Source: an uncultured Hyphomicrobiales bacterium (GTDB lineage Bacteria > Pseudomonadota > Alphaproteobacteria > Reyranellales > JAQSWP01). From it: DNA of 64,000 bases. Shown piece after piece: positions 47,315 to 55,451 of this stretch. Every line of letters begins with the position of its first letter. Position 1 is the first letter of the stretch. Where the stretch lies: positions 1,001,205 to 1,065,204 of the forward strand of contig CAYLYK010000001.1 in NCBI GenBank assembly GCA_964388115.1, written 5' to 3'. Below the pieces are notes generated by a model that saw only the letters and a list, made by a program, of their open reading frames with translations, searched no databases and was not told the origin of the DNA. The position numbers and the translations under genes were made by a program.

Positions 47315-47329
47315 GTTCTTGTTTTGTTC
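47315..47329. promoter_or_regulatory. Alphaproteobacterial LexA (SOS) box GTTC-N7-GTTC
   Basis: GTTCTTGTTTTGTTC read directly. It starts 38 nt upstream of the imuA ATG (47277), in the divergent intergenic region. Confidence 0.7.
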
Positions 47330-47364
47330 TAGTCCTGTCCGGGCACAGAGTCAAACCGATTCCG

Positions 47365-47440
47365 GCCAGCGTTTTGCTGGCGCTTCTGCTCGCCAAGACG
47401 CCCCGACATTCTGCTTGTTTGAGCCCCAGCGTTCCGCTGG
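47365..47440. repeat. Two copies of a hairpin-forming palindrome CCAGCGTTYYGCTGG about 60 nt apart
   Basis: GCCAGCgttttGCTGGC at 47365-47381 and CCAGCgttccGCTGG at 47426-47440, both read directly. Confidence 0.4.
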
Positions 47441-47466
47441 CTAGGCTGCATCTGGCATCAGGGAGA

Positions 47467-48132
47467 ATGGCAATGCCCGACGATCTCGCCCCCAATCTCA
47501 AGCCAAGCGGCGCCGATCTGCCGCTTTTGCCTGAGGTGACGCTGAAACTGGTCGAGGCGACGGCTGAAACCTTGAAGGGCTATGGCGAGTTGGTCGATCA
47601 CAAGGACCAACGGCCGGTCGAGATCGTGCGCTGGCCGGCGCTGGGTCGTCGGCCCGTCGATCCCGGCACCGGCGACCAGGGCGGCACCACGGAAGGCATC
47701 TTCGAATTCGAATGGGCGGGCGATGTGCTGCGCGGCCGCAACAATGCGGTCGACGACGATTACGTGCTGGGCTTCGCCTGCCAGCCGCAGAAATCGAGCG
47801 AAGCCAAAGCCACGGTGAAGCGCGACAAGGTCCTGCTGTGGCACGCCAACTACCATCCCGATGGCGGCCAGGTGTTCTTCCCTCTGACGCCTGCACCTTT
47901 CGTCGTGCCCCTGGCGCTGCCGGGCGATGAAGTGAGGCCGGAAGATTTCGTCGCCTTCTGGTTCAAGGGCGACAAGGGCCTCTACATCCACCCAGGCATC
48001 TGGCACGAGGGCGTGTTCCCCACCGCCGATCGCGGCCGCTTCTTCGATCGCCAGGGCAAGGTGCATGCCCGCATCAGCGTCGATTTTCCGCGCGAGTTCG
48101 GCTGCTATCTTGCGGCGCCCCTGACACGGTAA
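47467..48132 (+). CDS. Ureidoglycolate lyase (AllA)-family protein
   Basis: YHPDGGQVFFPL...FVVPLALPGD...FVAFWFKGDKGLYIHPGIWHEGVF aligns by eye with E. coli AllA (HPLGTQAFIPM...FVVVVALGDD...NVWHHPLF). Start at 47467 or 47473. Confidence 0.65.
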   Translation: MAMPDDLAPNLKPSGADLPLLPEVTLKLVEATAETLKGYGELVDHKDQRPVEIVRWPALGRRPVDPGTGDQGGTTEGIFEFEWAGDVLRGRNNAVDDDYVLGFACQPQKSSEAKATVKRDKVLLWHANYHPDGGQVFFPLTPAPFVVPLALPGDEVRPEDFVAFWFKGDKGLYIHPGIWHEGVFPTADRGRFFDRQGKVHARISVDFPREFGCYLAAPLTR

Positions 48133-48143
48133 GGAGAAGGCCA

Positions 48144-48428
48144 ATGCCCCGCGCCTTATGGAACGGCAAGGTGATTGCCGAAAGCGACAAGTTCGAAATC
48201 GTCGAAGGCAACGTCTATTTCCCGCCCGACACCATCAAACGCGAATTCTTCAAACCGTCCGACACGCACACGGTCTGTCCCTGGAAGGGCACGGCGAGCT
48301 ACTACACGCTCGAAGTCGACGGCAAGCAGAACAAGGATGCCGCCTGGTACTATCCCGAGACCAAGCCGGCGGCTAACAACGTCAAAGGCTATGTCGCCTT
48401 CTGGCGCGGCGTGACGGTCGAGAAATAG
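48144..48428 (+). CDS. DUF427 domain protein (94 aa)
   Basis: WNGKVIAESD...VEGNVYFP...TVCPWKGTASYY...AAWYY is the DUF427 pattern. RBS GGAGAAGG. Confidence 0.8.
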   Translation: MPRALWNGKVIAESDKFEIVEGNVYFPPDTIKREFFKPSDTHTVCPWKGTASYYTLEVDGKQNKDAAWYYPETKPAANNVKGYVAFWRGVTVEK

Positions 48429-48429
48429 C

Positions 48430-49662
48430 ATGGCCGACAATCTGCGCATCAATGGCGAGCGGCTGTGGTCCAGTCTGATGGAAATGGCCCAGATCGGCGC
48501 CACCGAGAAAGGCGGCGTTTGCCGCATTGCGCTGACCGATCTCGACCGGCAGGGCCGCGATCTGTTCGTCAGATGGTGCAGGGAAGCGGGCTGCGACATC
48601 CGCATCGATGCCATCGGCAACATTTTCGCCCGTCGCAAAGGCCGCAACAACGCGCTGCCGCCCATCGTCACCGGCTCGCATCTCGACAGCCAGCCCACCG
48701 GCGGCAAGTTCGACGGCGCCTATGGCGTGCTGGCCGGGCTGGAGGTGATCCGCGCGCTGAACGATGCCGGTTACGAGACCAATGCGCCGGTCGAGGTAGC
48801 GGTGTGGACCAACGAAGAAGGCTCGCGATTTGCACCGGCGATGGTGGCTTCGGGCGTCTTTGCCGGCGCCTTCGATCTGGATTACGCGCTTTCGCGCACC
48901 GATCCCGAGGGCAAAAGCTTCGGCGACGAGCTCAAGCGCATCGGCTATGCCGGTCCTGAGAAGGTCGGCGGCTTTCCGATCGGTGCCTATTTCGAGGCGC
49001 ATATCGAGCAGGGCCCGATCCTGGAGAACAAGAAGAAGACCATCGGCATCGTCACCGGCGGGCAGGGCCAGCGCTGGTACGAGATCGACATCATCGGCAT
49101 GGAAAGCCATGCCGGCACCACCCCGATGGAATTGCGCAAGGACGCGCTGGTCGGCGCTGCGGAACTGATCGTGGCGGCGCGCCGCATCGCCACCGCGCGG
49201 CCGAACGGGCGCGCCACGGTAGGCGTCATCAACGCGCTGCCGCAATCGCGCAACACCATTCCAGGCCGCGTCGCGCTGACCTTGGAGCTGCGCAACCCCA
49301 GCGATGCCGATCTCACGGTGATGGATGCGGAGATGCGCGCGGAAGCGGCCAGGATCAGCGCGGCGCACGGACTTGAGATGAAGATCGAGCAGATCTGGTA
49401 TTTCCCGCCGCAGCCGTTCGACGCCAAATGCGTCGACGCGGTGCGCAACGCGGCGGAGAAGGCGGGTTATCCGGCGATGGAGATCGTCTCCGGCGCCGGG
49501 CACGACGCCTGCTACATCGCGCGCGTGGCGCCCTCGGCCATGGTGTTTATTCCCTGCGAGGCCGGCATCAGTCACAACGAGATCGAAGCGGCAAGCCAGA
49601 GCGACGTGGCGGCTGGCTGCCAGGTGCTGTTGCAGGCGATGGTCGAGCGGGCGAACCAGTAA
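48430..49662 (+). CDS. Allantoate amidohydrolase / N-carbamoyl-L-amino-acid hydrolase family (M20, HyuC/AmaB-like)
   Basis: INGERLWSSLMEMAQIG...GGVCRIALTD...IDAIGNIFARR...TGSHLDSQPTGGKFDGAYGVLAGLEV...ESHAGTTPM. Confidence 0.85.
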   Translation: MADNLRINGERLWSSLMEMAQIGATEKGGVCRIALTDLDRQGRDLFVRWCREAGCDIRIDAIGNIFARRKGRNNALPPIVTGSHLDSQPTGGKFDGAYGVLAGLEVIRALNDAGYETNAPVEVAVWTNEEGSRFAPAMVASGVFAGAFDLDYALSRTDPEGKSFGDELKRIGYAGPEKVGGFPIGAYFEAHIEQGPILENKKKTIGIVTGGQGQRWYEIDIIGMESHAGTTPMELRKDALVGAAELIVAARRIATARPNGRATVGVINALPQSRNTIPGRVALTLELRNPSDADLTVMDAEMRAEAARISAAHGLEMKIEQIWYFPPQPFDAKCVDAVRNAAEKAGYPAMEIVSGAGHDACYIARVAPSAMVFIPCEAGISHNEIEAASQSDVAAGCQVLLQAMVERANQ

Positions 49663-49777
49663 CCGTCAAACGGCCGACTGATAAAAAATCTTTATCGAGA
49701 ATTACTTTAATTCAGTTGTCGCAATCGGGAGTGAGAGCGCATCTGTGGTGGGCAACCCACCCCTTGCGGAGACTTTC

Positions 49778-50545
49778 ATGACCGGCACTGCCCAATCCCC
49801 GACTTCGAAATGGACCGCGCCCAAAGGCAGCGTGCTGGTGGTGGGCGTCGGCGCCTCGCAAGGCCTGGGCGCGGCTATCGCGCGGCGTTTCGCAAAGGGC
49901 GGCTATCCGGTCGTCGTCGCCGGACGCAGTGCCGCCAAGGTCGAGGCAGTGGCCGAGGAATTGCGCGCCAGCGGCGCTAAGGCCATGGCGGTGATCGGCG
50001 ATGCCTCGTCGGCTGCCGATACCAGGATGTTCGTGGCTTCCGCCGAAACTTTCGGCCCACTCGCTGTCGTGGTGCACAACGCCGGCAGCAACCGGCCGGC
50101 GCCGTTCCTCGAGGTCACGCCCGAACAGTTCGAGCAGCATTGGCGCGAGCATGCGCTGGGCGGGTTCCATGTCAGCCAGGCGGCGTTGCCTGCGCTGTTG
50201 AAGAATGGCGGCGGCAGCCTGCTGTTCACCGGCGCATCAGGCAGTTTGCGCGGCAAGGCGCGGTTCTCGCCCTTCGCTGCCGCCAAGGCGGCGCTGCGCG
50301 GCATGCTGCAGAGCATCGCGCGCGAATTCGGACCGCAGGGCATCCATGTCGGCCATGTCGTCGTCGATGGCGGCATCGCCGGCGAGCGTCTGCTAAGCCG
50401 CGCCCCGCAATTGAAGGAGGAGCGAGGCGAGGACGGCATGCTCGACATCGAGGCGATCGCCGAGGCCTACTGGATGCTGCACCACCAGCATCGCAGCGCC
50501 TGGACGCTGGAGCTCGATCTGCGGCCGTTCAAGGAGCCGTTCTAA
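49778..50545 (+). CDS. SDR-family oxidoreductase
   Basis: VLVVGVGASQGLGAAIARRFA (Rossmann motif) and FAAAKAAL catalytic region. Start MTGTAQSP. Confidence 0.85.
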   Translation: MTGTAQSPTSKWTAPKGSVLVVGVGASQGLGAAIARRFAKGGYPVVVAGRSAAKVEAVAEELRASGAKAMAVIGDASSAADTRMFVASAETFGPLAVVVHNAGSNRPAPFLEVTPEQFEQHWREHALGGFHVSQAALPALLKNGGGSLLFTGASGSLRGKARFSPFAAAKAALRGMLQSIAREFGPQGIHVGHVVVDGGIAGERLLSRAPQLKEERGEDGMLDIEAIAEAYWMLHHQHRSAWTLELDLRPFKEPF

Positions 50546-50549
50546 GGCG

Positions 50550-51488
50550 TCACGCGCCGCGGCGAGATTTCCACCAGGCGGCGATCTCGCCGACGATGCC
50601 GCGGCGGAAGGACAGCACGACGATCACGAAGATCACGCCCTGGATCACCAGCACCCACTCGCCAAAGCTTGACAGATAGTTCTGCATGGTGATGACGAAG
50701 AATGCGCCGACTACCGGCCCGAACATGGTGCCAAGCCCGCCGACCAGCGTCATCAGCACCACCTCGCCCGACATCTGCCACTGCACGTCGGTCAGCGAGG
50801 CGAGCTGGGTGACGAACACCTTGGTGCTGCCGGCCAGACCAGCCAACGAGGCGGATAGAACGAAGGCCAGCAGCTTGTAGTGGTTGACGCGATAGCCCAG
50901 CGAAATGGTGCGTGGCTCGTTTTCGCGGATCGCCTTTAACACTTGGCCGAACGGCGAATGCACGATCCGATAGACCAGCGCGAAACCGGCCAGGAAGATC
51001 GCGAGCACGACGTAGTAGAAAGCCAGTTCGCTTGAGATGTCGATGAAGCCGAACAGCACCTTGCGCGGTATGGCTTGGATGCCGTCCTCGCCGCCGGTGA
51101 ACTTCGCCTGCACCGCCAGGAAGAACACCATCTGCGCCAGCGCAAGCGTCACCATGGCGAAATAGATTCCCTGCCGACGGATCGCCAGCGCGCCGAACAC
51201 CAACCCAAGAAGCGCTGCGACCGCCACCCCGGAAAGAATGGCAAGCTCGATCGGCCAGCCCCAGACCTTGGCGACATGGGCTGCGATATAGGCGGAACCG
51301 CCGAAATAGGCGGCATGGCCGAAAGACAGCAGCCCGACATAGCCGATCAGCAGATTGAAAGCGCAAGCGAAGAGCGCAAAGCACAGCGCCTTCATCAGGA
51401 ATACGGGATAGACGACGAAGGGCGCGGCAATGGCCAGCGCCAGGAGCCCGATGAGAATTGCCAGGTTGCGTGGTTGAAACATCGTCAT
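50550..51488 (-). CDS. Branched-chain amino-acid-type ABC permease (LivM-like)
   Basis: Multi-TM. NLLIGYVGLLSFGHAAYFGGSAY. Confidence 0.88.
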   Translation of the reverse strand: MTMFQPRNLAILIGLLALAIAAPFVVYPVFLMKALCFALFACAFNLLIGYVGLLSFGHAAYFGGSAYIAAHVAKVWGWPIELAILSGVAVAALLGLVFGALAIRRQGIYFAMVTLALAQMVFFLAVQAKFTGGEDGIQAIPRKVLFGFIDISSELAFYYVVLAIFLAGFALVYRIVHSPFGQVLKAIRENEPRTISLGYRVNHYKLLAFVLSASLAGLAGSTKVFVTQLASLTDVQWQMSGEVVLMTLVGGLGTMFGPVVGAFFVITMQNYLSSFGEWVLVIQGVIFVIVVLSFRRGIVGEIAAWWKSRRGA

Positions 51489-51492
51489 GCCC

Positions 51493-52380
51493 TCAACGCG
51501 TCCGGCCGAACAGACCGGCCGGCCTGATCAGCAATACGATGGCCATGACCAGGAAAATCACAGTCGTCGAAGCTTCGGGATAGAAAACTTTGGTCAATCC
51601 CTCGATGATGCCGAGGCCGAACCCTGTGATGATCGAGCCCATAATCGACCCCATGCCGCCGATCACCACGACGGCGAAGACCACGATGATCAGATTGGAG
51701 CCCATCAGCGGGCTCACCTGGTAGATCGGCGCGGCCAGCACGCCAGCGAAAGCGGCCAGCCCGACACCGAAAGCGTAGGTCAGAAGAATCATGCGCGGCA
51801 CGTTGATGCCGAAGGCCGACACCAGCGTCGGATTTTCCGTCGCCGCGCGCAGGTATGAGCCCAATTTGGTGCGCTCGATGACGAACCATGTCGCCAGGCA
51901 GACGACGAGCGAGGCGGCAACGACCCAGCCGCGATAAGTCGGCAGGAACATGAAGCCGAGGTTGTTGCCGCCAGTCAGCGCTTCGGGAATGGAATAGGGC
52001 TGGCCGGAGGAGCCGAATTTGTAGCGGAACATGCCTTCGAAAATCAGGGCCAGGCCGAAAGTCAGCAACAGGCCGTAGAGATGGTCGAGATGATAGAGCC
52101 GGCGCAGCAGGGTGCGCTCGATGAGCGCACCCAGCAGGCCGACAACGATCGGGGAGATGAGCAACGCCGCCCAATAGCCGACGCCCAGATACTGCAGCAG
52201 CAGCCAGGCCACGAACGCGCCGATCATGTACAGCGCGCCATGGGCGAAATTGATCACGTTCAGCATGCCGAAGATTACTGCCAGCCCGAGACTGAGAATG
52301 GCGTAGAAGGAGCCATTGATCAGCCCGAGCAGCAGCTGCCCGAACAGCGCTTGCGGCGCAATGCCAAGCAGTTCGAACAT
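51493..52380 (-). CDS. Branched-chain amino-acid-type ABC permease (LivH-like)
   Basis: LLLGLINGSFYAILSLGLAVIFGMLNVINFAHGALYM. Confidence 0.88.
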   Translation of the reverse strand: MFELLGIAPQALFGQLLLGLINGSFYAILSLGLAVIFGMLNVINFAHGALYMIGAFVAWLLLQYLGVGYWAALLISPIVVGLLGALIERTLLRRLYHLDHLYGLLLTFGLALIFEGMFRYKFGSSGQPYSIPEALTGGNNLGFMFLPTYRGWVVAASLVVCLATWFVIERTKLGSYLRAATENPTLVSAFGINVPRMILLTYAFGVGLAAFAGVLAAPIYQVSPLMGSNLIIVVFAVVVIGGMGSIMGSIITGFGLGIIEGLTKVFYPEASTTVIFLVMAIVLLIRPAGLFGRTR

Positions 52381-52409
52381 GCGTTACATCCCCCCGATCA
52401 TTTTTGTTT

Positions 52410-53615
52410 TTACTTCACCAGGTCGCAGCCGCCGTCCTTGAGCGGACGCGCAGCCTGCTCGGCCGGGATCACGGCGAGCTGCTTGTAGTAGTCCCACGGG
52501 CCCTTCGATTCGGCCGGGGTCTTGACCTGGAACAGGTAGCCGGGGCGCATCACACGGCCATCGACGCGGATTTCGGCGTCTTTGGTCATGAAGTCGTTGA
52601 CCTTCAGTTCGCGCATTTTGGCAGCAACCTTGTCCGGATCGTCCGTCCCGGCTGCCTTGACTGCCTTCAGATAATGCGACACGCCGCTATAGACGCCGGC
52701 CTGCACCATCGACGGCTGCTTGCCCATCTTGTCGAAGAAGCGCTTGGAGAACTTGCGGGTCTCGTCGTTCTGGTCCCAGTAGAAGGACTCGGTGACGACC
52801 AGGCCCTGAGCCGTCTTCAGGCCCAAAGCATGCACGTCGGTCACGAACACCAGCAGACCGGCCAGACGCTGGCCGCCGGCGACGATGCCGAATTCGGACG
52901 CCTGCTTGATCGAGTTGATGGTGTCGCCGCCGGCATTGGCCAGACCGATGATCTTCGCCTTCGAGTTCTGCGCCTGCAGCAGGAAGGAGGAGAAGTCCGA
53001 CGTGTTCAGCGGATGACGCACTGCGCCCAGTATCTTGGCGCCGGCCGCCTTGGCCGCTTCGCCGGCGTCACGCTCGAGAGCGTGGCCGAAGGCGTAGTCG
53101 GCGGTGAGGAAGAACCAGGTGTCGCCGCCGGCCTTGGCCAGGGCTGCGCCGGTGCCGATGGCAAGCATGTAAGTGTCGTAGGTGAAGGCGAAGCCGTAGG
53201 GCGAGCAGGCCTTGCCCGTCAGGTCGGACGAGGCCGGGCCCGACATCAGGAAGATGCGCTTCTTTTCCTTGGTGATCTGCTGCACCGCCAGCGCCACTGA
53301 CGAGGTCGGCACGTCGGCGATGGCGTCGACCTTGTCCTGGTCGATCCATTGGCGCACCACGGTTGAACCGACGTCCGGCTTGTTCTGATGGTCGGCAAAG
53401 ACGATCTCGATCGGCGTGTTGCCGATCTTGCCACCGGCATCCTCGACCGCCATGCGCGCGGCCAGAACCGAGCCCTGGCCGGTGATGTCGGCATAGAGGC
53501 CCGACTGGTCGTTCATGACGCCGATCTTGATGACGTTGTCGGAGATTTGCGCGTTGGCGGTCCCTGCCGCCAACAGCATGCCGGCAAAGCCGGCCAATCC
53601 GTATTTAAGTTTCAT
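52410..53615 (-). CDS. ABC substrate-binding protein (LivK-like, Peripla_BP_6)
   Basis: Signal peptide MKLKYGLAGFAGMLLAAGTANA, then IKIGVMNDQSGLYADITG. Confidence 0.88.
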   Translation of the reverse strand: MKLKYGLAGFAGMLLAAGTANAQISDNVIKIGVMNDQSGLYADITGQGSVLAARMAVEDAGGKIGNTPIEIVFADHQNKPDVGSTVVRQWIDQDKVDAIADVPTSSVALAVQQITKEKKRIFLMSGPASSDLTGKACSPYGFAFTYDTYMLAIGTGAALAKAGGDTWFFLTADYAFGHALERDAGEAAKAAGAKILGAVRHPLNTSDFSSFLLQAQNSKAKIIGLANAGGDTINSIKQASEFGIVAGGQRLAGLLVFVTDVHALGLKTAQGLVVTESFYWDQNDETRKFSKRFFDKMGKQPSMVQAGVYSGVSHYLKAVKAAGTDDPDKVAAKMRELKVNDFMTKDAEIRVDGRVMRPGYLFQVKTPAESKGPWDYYKQLAVIPAEQAARPLKDGGCDLVK

Positions 53616-53678
53616 GCACTTCCTCCACTATGGACGTTGAACGGGTTTATTGCTCCGGAATCGGATGTGTTCCGGTGA

Positions 53679-54380
53679 TCAGACTCCGAGATAGGAATGC
53701 AGCTTGTCGGTATTGGCGGCGATCTCGTCGGCACGGAACGTGTCGACGACGTGACCGTCCTCCATCACATAGTGACGGTCGGCGACTGTGGCGGCAAAGC
53801 GAAAATTCTGTTCGACCAGCAGCACGGTGAAACCGCGCTCCTTGAGGCGCCGGATCGTCGTGCCGATGGTCTGCACGATGACGGGGGCAAGGCCTTCGGT
53901 CGGCTCGTCAAGCAGCAGCATGGTGGCGCCCGTGCGCAGGATGCGGCCGATCGCCAGCATCTGCTGTTCGCCTCCCGACAGCTTGGTCCCCTGACTCTTG
54001 CGCCGCTCGGCGAGGTTGGGGAAGAGGGTGTAGATCTCTTCCACGGTCATGCCGCCGGGTTTGACCACGGGCGGCAGCATCAGGTTCTCCTCGACGCTGA
54101 GAGAGGAAAAGATGCCGCGCTCTTCGGGACAATAGGCGATGCCCAGGCGGGCGATGTCGTTGGAGCGCATGCCGATCGTGTCGGTGCCGCAGAAGCTGAC
54201 GGCGCCCTGGCGCTTGCCGACGATGCCCATGATCGAGCGCAAGGTCGTGGTCTTGCCCGCACCGTTGCGGCCCAGCAGGGTGACGACTTCGCCCTGGGCG
54301 ACGGCGAAGTCGACGCCGTGCAGGACGTGCGATTCGTTGTACCAGGCCTGCAGGCCGGCGACTTTCAGGAACTCGGCCAT
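53679..54380 (-). CDS. ABC ATP-binding protein (LivF-like)
   Basis: GRNGAGKTT, LSGGEQQMLAIGR, LLLDEPTEGLAP, C-terminal YLGV. Confidence 0.9.
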   Translation of the reverse strand: MAEFLKVAGLQAWYNESHVLHGVDFAVAQGEVVTLLGRNGAGKTTTLRSIMGIVGKRQGAVSFCGTDTIGMRSNDIARLGIAYCPEERGIFSSLSVEENLMLPPVVKPGGMTVEEIYTLFPNLAERRKSQGTKLSGGEQQMLAIGRILRTGATMLLLDEPTEGLAPVIVQTIGTTIRRLKERGFTVLLVEQNFRFAATVADRHYVMEDGHVVDTFRADEIAANTDKLHSYLGV

Positions 54381-55135
54381 TACTCGTGCCCCGTGCCGAC
54401 ATAGGCCTCGATGACGCGTGGATCCTTCGAGACCGTGGCATAGGGGCCCTCGGCCAGGATCTCGCCGCGCTGAAGGACGGTGATGGTGTCGGACAGGTCC
54501 GAGACCACGCTCATGTTGTGTTCGACCATCAGCACGGTGCGGCCCTTGGCGACGCGGCGGATCAGATCGCTGATGCGGCCGATATCTTCGTGACCCAATC
54601 CGGCCATCGGCTCGTCGAGCAGCATCATCTCGGGATCGAGCGCGACAGTAGTGGCGATTTCCAGCGCGCGCTTGCGTCCGTAGGGCAGTTCGCCAGCCGT
54701 AAGGTTCGCCATGTCGCGCAGGCCGACGTCGTCGAGCAATTGCAGGGCGCGCGGGTTGAGTTCGTCCAGCGTCCGCTCCGAACGCCAGAACTGGAACGGC
54801 TTGCCCATCTTCTGTTGCAGCGCCACCCGCACGTTCTCGACCAGGGTCAGATGCGGGAAGACGGCTGAGATCTGGAATGATCGCACCAGACCATGGCGGG
54901 CGATATCCGCCGGCTTGGCGCGGGTGATTTCCTCACCCTTATAGAAGATGCGCCCGGCGCTGGGCGTCAAAAACTTGGTCAGCAGGTTGAACACGGTCGT
55001 CTTGCCGGCGCCGTTGGGGCCGATCATGGCGTGGATGGTATTGGCGCGAACCTTGAGGTTGACGTCCTTGACCGCGAAGAAGCCGGCGAATTCGCGCGTC
55101 AGCCCCTGCGTCTCGAGTACGTACTCTGAATCCAT
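54380..55135 (-). CDS. ABC ATP-binding protein (LivG-like)
   Basis: Start MDSEYVLETQGLTREFAGF. GPNGAGKTT, LPYGRKRALEIA, MLLDEPMAGL. TAATG overlap with the downstream gene. Confidence 0.9.
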   Translation of the reverse strand: MDSEYVLETQGLTREFAGFFAVKDVNLKVRANTIHAMIGPNGAGKTTVFNLLTKFLTPSAGRIFYKGEEITRAKPADIARHGLVRSFQISAVFPHLTLVENVRVALQQKMGKPFQFWRSERTLDELNPRALQLLDDVGLRDMANLTAGELPYGRKRALEIATTVALDPEMMLLDEPMAGLGHEDIGRISDLIRRVAKGRTVLMVEHNMSVVSDLSDTITVLQRGEILAEGPYATVSKDPRVIEAYVGTGHE

Positions 55136-55451
55136 TCTCTCCACTCCCCGATCTCGACCGTCTTTTTTTGGGAAGGCATGCTTGGCTGAGGCCAAAGCTG
55201 CCTTTTCCCAATTTGCGGTGATTGGGCGTTTACGCCTTGATCGTCTGATTCGCCGGGCAGAATAGCGATCCAATCCAAGGTTGCCAACTGTTACCGGACC
55301 TGAATTTCCGTGAATACCAAAGGCGGTGCTGCTCGAAATTCATGCAGTCCTGCGTTGCGATAGGCGAGGATGGCTTGCGGAACGCCGGCATGGCAGGATA
55401 TTCAGGCAAATAACGGGCATCGGGCAACGATGCCATTTCGGGAGAACGCCA

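Noticed and set aside
47110-47466. Upstream extension of the allA-like ORF (340-aa track call)
   Set aside because: It runs through the imuA start, the LexA box and the intergenic repeats. Family similarity starts after MAMPDD (47467).
53655-53675. CCGGAA-N9-TTCCGG hairpin after the LivF-like stop as a terminator
   Set aside because: The stem is only 6 bp and has no following U-tract on the minus strand. It lies inside an operon, upstream of the SBP gene. At most it is a weak processing or stability element.
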